Part shown: positions 33,931 to 42,530 of the stretch, piece by piece
Layout of the letters: each line of letters starts with the position of its first letter
Position numbering within the stretch: the first letter of the stretch is position 1
Source: an uncultured Candidatus Saccharibacteria bacterium
GTDB lineage: Bacteria; Patescibacteriota; Saccharimonadia; Saccharimonadales; Saccharimonadaceae
Reading direction: 5' to 3'
Assembly (NCBI GenBank): GCA_964483335.1
Contig: CAZAAA010000002.1
Coordinates: 852 to 64,851 of the forward strand
Length of the DNA: 64,000 bases
Notes under the pieces: generated by a model
What the model was told of the DNA's origin: nothing
The model's database searches: none
The model's input: the letters and a program-made list of their open reading frames with translations, nothing else
Program-made: the position numbers and the translations under genes

Positions 33931-35745
33931 CTAGCTTTGGCGAGCCTCGCGTTTGCGCTTAATCGGGTCGAGCTGACGCTTGCGAAGGCGAAGGTTTTTT
34001 GGTGTCACCTCTAGAAGTTCGTCGTCCAGCAAAAAGTCTAAACACTGTTCTAGAGAGAGCTGGGTGTGGGGAGTGAGCTGAATAGCGCCATCGGATGCGT
34101 GTGTGCGCATATTGGTAAGCTGTTTTTCCTTGCAAATATTGATATCTAGGTCATCTTTTTTGTTAGAGAGGCCAACGATCATTCCCTGATAGACATCTAC
34201 TTGCGGCGGGATAAATAGCGTGCCACGAGCCTGAGCTGCATCTAGAGCATACGCCGTGGAAACACCGGACTCGAAGGCGATCAGCGCACCATTTCTTTCT
34301 GGTTTATATTTGCTGTCGGCAGGTTTGTAGCCCATTGGGCGAGACGACATAATGACAGTACCACGAGTAGCAGTGAGGAGGTTATTGCGAAGGCCGATGA
34401 GAGCGGCAGTGGTAATTTCGTAAGTGAAGCGGGTACTACCGGAACTGGTTAATTCCTGAGACTTGAGCTCGGCCTTGCGAATGCCCATCTCTTGAGAAAC
34501 TGGCCCGACGAATTCGCTATCCACCTCTACGGTTAGCTCCTCTACTGGTTCATTTTTAACTCCGTCAATATCTTTATAGACTACCTCTGGGCGACCAGCC
34601 TCTAGTTCGTAGCCTTCGCGACGCATAGTTTCAATTAGTACGGAAAGATGCAATTCCCCGCGGCCGGAGACTTTATAACCTAAGCCATCCGGAACAATCT
34701 TTAAAGCAATGTTGGTCTCTAGCTCCTTTTCTAGGCGCTCGGCAATCTGACGAGAAGTAGTGAATTCCCCCTCTTTCCCCTTCAATGGAGAGGTGTTTGG
34801 GCCAATATAGATACTGAGCGTAGGTGGTTCTAGTTCAATGGTTGGCAAAGCTTCAGGGGTGTCGCCCGTGACAATAGTATCACCAATCATAGCATCAGGA
34901 ATACCGGTAATTGCTACAATGTCTCCGGCAATAGCCTCTTCAGTCTCCTCTTTGCCGAGACCACGATAGGTAAAAATCCGATCAATTTTAGCAGACTTAG
35001 CAGTGCCGTCATGCAGAACTTTGACGGTTTCACCTTTTTTCAATTTACTACGGTTAATACGACCGATGGCATACTTGCCAAGATAACTATCTGCAGCTAG
35101 GGCGGCCACCAAAAGTTGTGCGCCTTTACCTTCGTTCTCATCAATACGCGGAGCAGGTATATCATTAATAATACTCTCAAAAATCACATGGAGATCGTTG
35201 TCTAATTCAGTGGTTTTGCCGGCGCGGCCATCACGAGCAACGGCGTAATAAATAGGGTAGTTTAGCTGAGATTCATCAGTAGCAAGTTCGAGGAAGAGGT
35301 CAGAAATTTCGTCCTTAACTTCTTCTATACGGGCAGCAGGTTTGTCAATTTTATTAATAATAACAACTGGTCTTAGTTTTAAATCTAGTGCTTTCTGGAG
35401 AACAAATTTAGTCTGGGGCATAGGGCCCTCTTGAGCATCTACCACCAGCAAAACGCCGTCTGCCATGTTGAGCGTGCGCTCAACTTCACCGGAGAAATCG
35501 GCATGGCCCGGTGTATCAATAATATTAATTTTATAGCCATCATAAAAAACCGCAGTTTGTTTAGCAGTAATAGTGATGCCACGTTCATGCTCTTGGTCCA
35601 TACTGTCCATAATGAGAGTCTGACTCATCTCTGCCTGGTTATCGCGAAAAGTATGGGACTGCTTAAGTAACCCATCAACAAGAGTAGTCTTGCCATGATC
35701 TACATGTGCAATAATTGCGATATTCCTGATTCTGTCCTGCTGCAT
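33931..35745 (-). CDS. typA: Translational GTPase TypA/BipA
   Basis: IAHVDHGKTTLVD, ERGITITAK, DTPGHADF, GRGELHL, LEVTPKNLRLRK. Confidence 0.97.
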   Translation of the reverse strand: MQQDRIRNIAIIAHVDHGKTTLVDGLLKQSHTFRDNQAEMSQTLIMDSMDQEHERGITITAKQTAVFYDGYKINIIDTPGHADFSGEVERTLNMADGVLLVVDAQEGPMPQTKFVLQKALDLKLRPVVIINKIDKPAARIEEVKDEISDLFLELATDESQLNYPIYYAVARDGRAGKTTELDNDLHVIFESIINDIPAPRIDENEGKGAQLLVAALAADSYLGKYAIGRINRSKLKKGETVKVLHDGTAKSAKIDRIFTYRGLGKEETEEAIAGDIVAITGIPDAMIGDTIVTGDTPEALPTIELEPPTLSIYIGPNTSPLKGKEGEFTTSRQIAERLEKELETNIALKIVPDGLGYKVSGRGELHLSVLIETMRREGYELEAGRPEVVYKDIDGVKNEPVEELTVEVDSEFVGPVSQEMGIRKAELKSQELTSSGSTRFTYEITTAALIGLRNNLLTATRGTVIMSSRPMGYKPADSKYKPERNGALIAFESGVSTAYALDAAQARGTLFIPPQVDVYQGMIVGLSNKKDDLDINICKEKQLTNMRTHASDGAIQLTPHTQLSLEQCLDFLLDDELLEVTPKNLRLRKRQLDPIKRKREARQS

Positions 35746-35874
35746 AACTGGTTTATTTTATCACGCTATGCCCAAAATGTCAATCTGTTATAAAGCTCTT
35801 TGGCGCTGAAATAAATTAATGCTTGAAAAAAAATTTTTTTTAGATATAATAATTAGTATCACATGTTTTTATGT

Positions 35875-35951
35875 GGGCTGGTAGCTCAGTTGGTTAGAGC
35901 ACGGGCCTTTTAAGCCCGGTGTCGAGAGTTCGAGCCTCTCCCAGCTCACCA
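35875..35951 (+). tRNA. trnK: tRNA-Lys(TTT)
   Basis: GGGCTGG/CCAGCTC acceptor stem, CGGGC-CTTTTAA-GCCCG anticodon arm, CCA. Confidence 0.96.
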
Positions 35952-35968
35952 TTTTTGTTGCAAAAAAA

Positions 35969-36009
35969 TCGAACTCTCGTTTACCCCTTGGGACGTTCCG
36001 AGAGTTCGA
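35969..36009. repeat. Hairpin with conserved 19-nt loop TTTACCCCTTGGGACGTTC (copy 1)
   Basis: 11-bp stem TCGAACTCTCG/CGAGAGTTCGA; 23-mer identical to 60577-60599. Confidence 0.75.
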
Positions 36010-36027
36010 CTACGTGTTACGGTGCGA

Positions 36028-36633
36028 CTATTTCTTAGTTTTCTTCTCTGATTCAACCTCTATATCAATATATTTACCACCGTCTTTGAAGAATTTAGAC
36101 ACGGCATCGAGGCGCGAACGAATAGTGAAAAGGTTTACTAAGCTGGCTACTGCATAGATAATTAGCATGATGCCAACATAAACCATAAGGGCGATATTGC
36201 CAGCACCTGGGCGGGCGATAAGCAGGATACCACAGGCCAGAGTGACGACTGGCATAACAGTGGACGCAAAGAAGCTGCTGTTGCTACGGATACTGCCAGC
36301 CAGGCGTAGAGAGAAGACGGAGCTAGCAATCATCCAAGCGCCTAAGACAATTGGAATAATGTCCATGACAGCTGGATACATCGCAATGACTAAGCCTAGG
36401 ACGAAGAGCAATACACCGCCAATACCGCCAGAGAAAGCAGCCGAACGGCGGCTTAAATCATTAACAAACATAAAGAAACCAAGGGCCATCAAGCCAATAG
36501 CTAAGATCCAGCGAATAGCGTCTAGGCTAGTATCTGGAAAGATTAAAAATATCATCCCGAGGATGACCATTAATATTGAGTACCCAATAGCTGTATTGAT
36601 ATAGCTACTAATGGTTTTTTCTAGCTTTTGCAT
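36028..36633 (-). CDS. HdeD/DUF308 family membrane protein
   Basis: Six TM segments with repeated ILGMIFLIFP / LACGILLIARP units. Confidence 0.8.
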   Translation of the reverse strand: MQKLEKTISSYINTAIGYSILMVILGMIFLIFPDTSLDAIRWILAIGLMALGFFMFVNDLSRRSAAFSGGIGGVLLFVLGLVIAMYPAVMDIIPIVLGAWMIASSVFSLRLAGSIRSNSSFFASTVMPVVTLACGILLIARPGAGNIALMVYVGIMLIIYAVASLVNLFTIRSRLDAVSKFFKDGGKYIDIEVESEKKTKK

Positions 36634-36662
36634 TTTACCTCCAAATTTAATATTCGCTGATA

Positions 36663-36739
36663 TGGTGGGCGATACAGGAGTCGAACCTGTGACCTCGTCT
36701 ACGTCAAAGACGCGCTCTAGCCAACTGAGCTAACCGCCC
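36663..36739 (-). tRNA. trnV: tRNA-Val(GAC)
   Basis: GGGCGGT/ATCGCCC acceptor stem, CGTCT-TTGACGT-AGACG anticodon arm, CCA. Confidence 0.96.
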
Positions 36740-36779
36740 GTATACCTTGATTATATCATAGATATACGGGCGAGACAAG

Positions 36780-37439
36780 CTAGTTGCGAGCGTCTTTGTC
36801 TTTATTTTTGCGCATGATATGAATAGCAATCAGGGCTACGAGCATAAATACTACTAAACCGCTTACTACAATATCTAGGCGAGAGATAATTAAATTAGTT
36901 TCTGGAACATCCAGACCGCCAGTATCAGGAGTGCCGGCAGAATCGGAACCGGATTCATCTTCACCTGGGGTATCCGGAACTGGAATGCTGCCCTTGATAT
37001 ACTCAAATGAAACAGCATCTTCTGTGGCAGCGTCGTCATTAATTGTGACATAGAAAACGTATTTACCATAGCCGCCGTAGTTATCAAGATTAAGAGTGAC
37101 ACTATGAGTACCGTTGTGTTCGGTTGGCAAATAATCGAGATCGGTTAGGACAAAAACCTCTCCGGTGGTTTTGTTCACTAGTTTGTGGGTTATCTTATTA
37201 GCTAAAACATAGTTATAGCTAATTGTAATAGAAGACTGATCTATCTCTGTCCCGTCGGCCGGACTGATGATGCGCACACTTTCCGTGCGTTCTGTCACCA
37301 TGACCTGCACCGTGGTATCACTGCTAGCGCTACCAGTAGCGGAAGCTCTTGGCGTCGGCATAGCGACGGCTATTGCAGTAACCGCAGCCACTAGAGCCAG
37401 TCCACAGGCGCCTAAAATGTGTTTTTTGGTTCTTTTCAT
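36780..37439 (-). CDS. Secreted/surface protein with Ig-like core and C-terminal anchor (PDTG + TM + basic tail)
   Basis: Signal peptide, beta-rich core, TPDTGG, C-terminal TM and RKNK. Confidence 0.65.
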   Translation of the reverse strand: MKRTKKHILGACGLALVAAVTAIAVAMPTPRASATGSASSDTTVQVMVTERTESVRIISPADGTEIDQSSITISYNYVLANKITHKLVNKTTGEVFVLTDLDYLPTEHNGTHSVTLNLDNYGGYGKYVFYVTINDDAATEDAVSFEYIKGSIPVPDTPGEDESGSDSAGTPDTGGLDVPETNLIISRLDIVVSGLVVFMLVALIAIHIMRKNKDKDARN

Positions 37440-37514
37440 ATCTCACACTCGCTTTGTTTTTATATTTTATTTTTATGTTGATTTTGTAAGGGGTCTCGCA
37501 GTTGAAATCTTAGC

Positions 37515-38492
37515 TTAGACGATGAGCCGGGATTTCTGCCCTTTACGCATCTTAACTAGGATTATAATCCATACAATCATAATTGTCAAGAGAATTAGCA
37601 TAATTATAATGACAAATAACGGAATAACTAACACAAGCTTGGTTTCGTTGCGGCTAGCATTCATAGCGCTAACAGCAGCAGTGACTTGGAAGATACCAAA
37701 CATCGGTGTATCCGGCCAAGAAAGACTCAAGTGGCGCTCGGTATCAGGAAGTACATCATAAACCTGATTTTTCTCATAAAGTTGCTTGCCAAAGAGGGAT
37801 TTAACTACTAGACTGTAGGTGGACTCAAAATCTGTATTACCAGTGTTTTTAACAGTTGTAGTACCGGAAATGAGACCAGACGTAAGAAATCCTTTAAGGG
37901 TATATTCGGTAATCTCCGCCTCCTCTCTAGTATCACCACCGGTGCGGCCATAGATTACTAGGCCGACACGAGAAACGGTTTTGATGCCACTACCGGTGGT
38001 AGCGCTATCGTTGTCTGACTCGGCAAAAATAGTAGCATACTGGCCACCTTCCGGAATGTCTTCCGGAACAGAGACTTTATAGCGAATAGTCTGTTTTTCG
38101 CCTGGGGCAATAGTAAAGCGTGCAGTGGAAGCAAAGTTATCTCCTTCACTACTTTCGCTAAAAGTAATCCAGCGAGAAAGCTGAGTGCGGTTGGTCTCGC
38201 GAGAGAAGTTAGCATCATAAGTTTCATTTTCTACAGAGTATGGTGCGGCATAGACATGGTAAGAAAACTCTTTTGAGCCGATATTCTCTACGTTGAAAGC
38301 ATATTCCAAAGATTGGCCAGCGACCAAGGAGATACGGTTAGAGACTGGAGAAATCTGCAACCAGACATCTGGCTTTTCCTGGGCAGTATTATTACTGGTA
38401 ACTTCGTCGGCAAAAACTGACGGGGCGGCAGTGGTAATGGCGGACGTAGCCAAGATTGCGGCTAGTGCAATGGTTGATAAACGTTTAAACAT
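37515..38492 (-). CDS. WxL-interacting protein-like (DUF916/DUF3324-type) surface protein
   Basis: Signal peptide, LQISP, LSRWITF, VPEDIPEGGQYATI, VKNTGNTDF, C-terminal TM. Confidence 0.7.
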   Translation of the reverse strand: MFKRLSTIALAAILATSAITTAAPSVFADEVTSNNTAQEKPDVWLQISPVSNRISLVAGQSLEYAFNVENIGSKEFSYHVYAAPYSVENETYDANFSRETNRTQLSRWITFSESSEGDNFASTARFTIAPGEKQTIRYKVSVPEDIPEGGQYATIFAESDNDSATTGSGIKTVSRVGLVIYGRTGGDTREEAEITEYTLKGFLTSGLISGTTTVKNTGNTDFESTYSLVVKSLFGKQLYEKNQVYDVLPDTERHLSLSWPDTPMFGIFQVTAAVSAMNASRNETKLVLVIPLFVIIIMLILLTIMIVWIIILVKMRKGQKSRLIV

Positions 38493-38521
38493 AAAACCTC
38501 CTTAATTGTTTTTATTATACA

Positions 38522-39496
38522 CTATTTTTCGGATTTTTTGGCAATTTTATCCAATTTTGTACCGTGATCAGATTCTTCACGGGCGCGACGTTGGCGAGAT
38601 TTATGGCGAGAAACTAGCCAGAAAGCCATCATGAAGATAAGGGCAATAATAATGATAATAAGCCAGAGTGGGCATAGGATTACCAACTTTTCTTCTCTGG
38701 ACTCCTGATCGGCAATTTTCACAGTTTGTACTACACGGAAAATACCAAAAGAGGGAGAATTTTCCCATTTTGAAGTAATAAAACGACGAGTTTCAGGCAT
38801 TACGATATGTGTTTCTGGCTCTTCCTCGTTAGTATAAAGTTCCTCATCCGAGAAAAGTGGAAAAACTTGCAGAGAATACGACGCGGTTAAATGGACGTTA
38901 CCGTTATTCTCTACAAGGGAGGTAGCGTAGACTGGTGGCTCAAAGAGAAAACTAGGGATTTTATTATCGATAATTTTTGCATCAATTTTAGTTTCACCAG
39001 CAATACTACTGTAGACCAGTGTCCCCACTCGGCTCTTAGAAACGAACATTTGATCTTCGTCGTTATCTATTTCCGCCATAATAGCGGCGTACTGGCCACC
39101 GGCCGGAGCGTCGGCCGGAACATTAATAGTATAAGTAATCTCGTCTTTTTCGCCAGGTTTAAGATTGCCAGTATCCTTGCTGAAAGTAAACCATTTAGAG
39201 ACTGCGGTGTAGGGGCCATCTTGGTCGAAAATTTGACTGTAGTTGTCATTGTTTTCTACAAAAGAGACCATGTAGCCGGAAGCGTAAACACGGTATTTAA
39301 TGTCCGTGTCACCTGAGTTAATTACTTTAAATGTACCAGTATGGGACTCTCCAGGGTTGATAGTATCTGGAATCTCTATACGAGACGGGCTAACCATTAG
39401 CTCTCCATTCTTAGCAAAAGTGGGAGTGGTGATGATAAGCCCACAAGACAAAACTGCCAATAACAGAGCCATTAGTCGTTTGTGTATTTTAGCCAT
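38522..39496 (-). CDS. WxL-interacting protein-like (DUF916/DUF3324-type) surface protein, paralogue
   Basis: LMVSP, VSKWFTF, VPADAPAGGQYAAI, VENNGNVH, C-terminal TM with basic tail. Confidence 0.7.
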   Translation of the reverse strand: MAKIHKRLMALLLAVLSCGLIITTPTFAKNGELMVSPSRIEIPDTINPGESHTGTFKVINSGDTDIKYRVYASGYMVSFVENNDNYSQIFDQDGPYTAVSKWFTFSKDTGNLKPGEKDEITYTINVPADAPAGGQYAAIMAEIDNDEDQMFVSKSRVGTLVYSSIAGETKIDAKIIDNKIPSFLFEPPVYATSLVENNGNVHLTASYSLQVFPLFSDEELYTNEEEPETHIVMPETRRFITSKWENSPSFGIFRVVQTVKIADQESREEKLVILCPLWLIIIIIALIFMMAFWLVSRHKSRQRRAREESDHGTKLDKIAKKSEK

Positions 39497-39584
39497 AAAC
39501 CTCCTTAAATTATGTATATATTATATATGATTAAAGAAAAAAATACCACCCAGGGGATGGTATTTTTATACTGTCTATAGAGGA

Positions 39585-40388
39585 TTATTCCTGAATAGCA
39601 GCGGTGTAGGTGAGGCTAGCTTGATAGAGACCAGCAGCTTGAGTACCACTAGTGGCAACGCCGTAAGTGATAACAGTTTTGTCAGAATCATAAGCCTTAG
39701 CACCAGAAGTGTAAACTAGAGCACCTTTATCTACTACTGGTGGTTCTGCGCTTGGATCACTAGCATCAAGTGGGGCGCCGGTTACTGCAGTAGCATCGGC
39801 AAAGTTAGCGGCTACAGCAGCACCAGTGGTGGTGTCAGCGTTAGCAGCACGAAGACCCCAACCAGCAGTACCCTTAGCAAGAGTTGTAAGAGCGGACACG
39901 GCCGGAATATTCTTATCGGCATCAGTCAAAGCGTCAGCATCAACAGAGGCGTTGGTGTAATGGCGCAGAGCGGTGCTATCATTAGCCTTGACATAAAGGT
40001 TATAACCCTGAAGGCTATTAGTGGTGACATAGACGTTATTATTAAGAGTCTTGAGGTCATTGTTGGTCATTTCGATAGAAGTGATAGGGCCTTCAATCTG
40101 AGTCGCGCCATCAAAGCTAGCTTGGTTGTCCTGAGCGGAAACTACCCATTCTCTATTGGTAGCATCCCAAGTCCAGATTTGCTCAGAGCCGGTGATGCGA
40201 ATAGCGATAGTATCGTCGACCATAACCTGTACGGTTACGTCGTCATCGTCACTAGTAGCCTGTGTAGTGGTAGTAGCACCATTAGCAACAGGGGCTGGGG
40301 TTTCAGCGAAAGCGCCACCAAATGGCAAAGCAGCTACACCCAAAGCAGCAACAATACCGAGACCGGCAATAACTTTTGTTGATTTCAT
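39585..40388 (-). CDS. WxL-like secreted surface protein
   Basis: Signal peptide (MKSTK...AFA), TTNSLQGYNL, GWGL, AGLYQASLTYTA C-terminal motif. Confidence 0.6.
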   Translation of the reverse strand: MKSTKVIAGLGIVAALGVAALPFGGAFAETPAPVANGATTTTQATSDDDDVTVQVMVDDTIAIRITGSEQIWTWDATNREWVVSAQDNQASFDGATQIEGPITSIEMTNNDLKTLNNNVYVTTNSLQGYNLYVKANDSTALRHYTNASVDADALTDADKNIPAVSALTTLAKGTAGWGLRAANADTTTGAAVAANFADATAVTGAPLDASDPSAEPPVVDKGALVYTSGAKAYDSDKTVITYGVATSGTQAAGLYQASLTYTAAIQE

Positions 40389-40564
40389 AGTATTTGTTCC
40401 TTTTTTATTGTTTTTATATATGACCTTTCGGTATTTTCTATTATATGAGGGTTTTACGCTTATGTCAATAAGATTTTCTAGGATTTTTAATAAAGTTTTC
40501 CACAATCAGTGAGTGTTGTATTTTTGTAGCATCTTATGATATAATATATGTATTAACAATCTGG

Positions 40565-40653
40565 GCACCCGTGGTGGAATTGGTAGACACGCTACCTTGA
40601 GGTGGTAGTGGCGACTAAAAGCTGTGCTAGTTCGAGTCTAGTCGGGTGCACCA
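40565..40653 (+). tRNA. trnL: tRNA-Leu(GAG)
   Basis: GCACCCG/CGGGTGC acceptor stem, CTACC-TTGAGGT-GGTAG anticodon arm, long variable arm, CCA. Confidence 0.96.
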
Positions 40654-40692
40654 AAAAATCTCGCTGTTGCGAGTTTTTTGTTGCTTTAAGTG

Positions 40693-41511
40693 TCAACTAT
40701 TTTTTACAGTAACCTGATGATATGGGATGGGGATTTTCTGAGCTTTAAATTCTTTGAGAATTGCTTTACGCATCATGCTTTGGATAGATGAACAATCCGC
40801 AGCGGCGCAAGGGCAGGATAATTTATAAGTTACTCCTTCTGAATCTAGATCGGCAGCTGCCGGGGTAAGTGATATTTCTCCCGGTTTCAAATTCATAGAG
40901 TGCGCGATATGCCTACTAACTTCATTCAAGGCAGTGACAGCTTTATCTAAATCAGTATCATAGGAGGTGCAAACCTCTACGACGGCAAGGGTAGCAAACT
41001 TGCTGTAATTAATGAGGCCATCTATACTATGGTTGGCAATAATTTTAACTTGGCCACCGTCGCTCTTTATTTCAGTAGTCTTTAGTCCAACATTAAGTAC
41101 AGTTCCTTTGAACCCGTTAATTTCTACAATGTCACCAACGCAAAATTGTCCTTCAATTAGAATGGTAACTCCGGCAATAAAATCTTTAATCATATCCTGA
41201 AAAGCGAGGCCAAGCACCGCCGTAAGGATACCTAAGCCCGCAACCAAGGAGGAGATATTCACCCCTAAATCTGCCAAGATGACCAAAAGCGTAAGAACTA
41301 GCATGAGATATTTCAAGACGCTCCTAAGCATCTGAGAAACAGTCCTGATACGTTGTCTCTGTTCAGCGCTAACCTTTTTTCCTCCGGCGCGCTCAAATGT
41401 GACAGTGAGAACACGCCGAATGATTAAATAAATAATAAAAACGAACAAAAGATATAGTACTGAATTTATTATTTTTCTAGTGCTGACTTCTACGCCAAAG
41501 ATATTTAGCAT
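40693..41511 (-). CDS. MscS family mechanosensitive channel
   Basis: LGLAFQDMIKDFIAG, FCVGDIVEING, TVLNVGLKTTEI motifs. Confidence 0.9.
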   Translation of the reverse strand: MLNIFGVEVSTRKIINSVLYLLFVFIIYLIIRRVLTVTFERAGGKKVSAEQRQRIRTVSQMLRSVLKYLMLVLTLLVILADLGVNISSLVAGLGILTAVLGLAFQDMIKDFIAGVTILIEGQFCVGDIVEINGFKGTVLNVGLKTTEIKSDGGQVKIIANHSIDGLINYSKFATLAVVEVCTSYDTDLDKAVTALNEVSRHIAHSMNLKPGEISLTPAAADLDSEGVTYKLSCPCAAADCSSIQSMMRKAILKEFKAQKIPIPYHQVTVKNS

Positions 41512-41524
41512 TGTTTTTCCCTAG

Positions 41525-42472
41525 TTATGATGCAATTAGCTCAGTGCTGTTAACGTCATAATCAACGAGTGCTGCTTTTTTAATGGCCGGATCTTCATAA
41601 GTACTCCAATAATAGGTATTTGTAGCGCTAGAAAAGCCGCCAGTATAAATGGTCTTCTCGTAATCGCCGGTAGCCATCTGGGCGGCGCCGTCAATCATAG
41701 CTACCCCAGTAAGGGTGTGGAAGAGGCGAGAAACATTTTCTTCTTCAGTGGATTTAGTAGGATAATGCGTATTGAGATAGGCAACTCTAACAAAACGTGA
41801 CGGAGAATAGTAATCGCCAGGGAGACCGCGCAGCAAGGAGCCAGAACCAAAAGCAGTCATTTTAGCTTTACCCCAAACGACTTGCCCTGGTTGTGGGCTA
41901 GCAAGATTCATATAGTTGCGAAGGTTTTCCTGGTGCCATCCGTAACCCGGCTGATTGGCAAGTACGTCTACGTCATTATGGAAAATTTGGAGACCTGCGG
42001 CAGTATATTCCACGACGATACTGCGAGTTTTGTCGCCAATGATCCAGTGCAGCAGAGAAACCGGATATTTATCATTAATTGGTTTAGAGACGATAGCTAC
42101 ATCTTTTAGGGCGGCTTCTACTTCATCAACGGTAGCAAAATTCATTGCTACCCAGAGTGGGAATTCATAAGCAGAGACATTAGTTTTTCCATCAATAGCA
42201 TTTGGCGCATATTCAGCATAGCCTGGAAAATTTAGACCAGCAATAGCTAGACCAGCTTCGTTGCCACAATCAAAATAAAGCGGCACATTTTCTTCAATAA
42301 TGCCCATACCAATCAGGGCATATTTAGGAATTATCTCACCAAGAAAAGCAGAGTGATAATGATAACCCCTAGGAGTAACAACAATCTTTTGACCGTAGCC
42401 TACCGACCAGTCTAAGTTTCTCCCAAAATACATATTGCCTTTATCGTCACTAAAACGTATCCCAGTGCACAT
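41525..42472 (-). CDS. bsh: Choloylglycine hydrolase (bile salt hydrolase)
   Basis: N-terminal nucleophile Cys2 (MCTGIRF), GRNLDW, NEAGL, ANQP, PGDYYSPSRFVRVAY. Confidence 0.92.
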   Translation of the reverse strand: MCTGIRFSDDKGNMYFGRNLDWSVGYGQKIVVTPRGYHYHSAFLGEIIPKYALIGMGIIEENVPLYFDCGNEAGLAIAGLNFPGYAEYAPNAIDGKTNVSAYEFPLWVAMNFATVDEVEAALKDVAIVSKPINDKYPVSLLHWIIGDKTRSIVVEYTAAGLQIFHNDVDVLANQPGYGWHQENLRNYMNLASPQPGQVVWGKAKMTAFGSGSLLRGLPGDYYSPSRFVRVAYLNTHYPTKSTEEENVSRLFHTLTGVAMIDGAAQMATGDYEKTIYTGGFSSATNTYYWSTYEDPAIKKAALVDYDVNSTELIAS

Positions 42473-42530
42473 GAAGAACACCTCTTTTATATTTATATTG
42501 ATTTTATCATAAGCATAAGGTCTATGCAAG

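Noticed and set aside
35980-35992. ACCCCTTGGG similarity to the T7 terminator or vector contamination
   Set aside because: The match is about 10 nt and none of the flanking T7 or vector sequence is present
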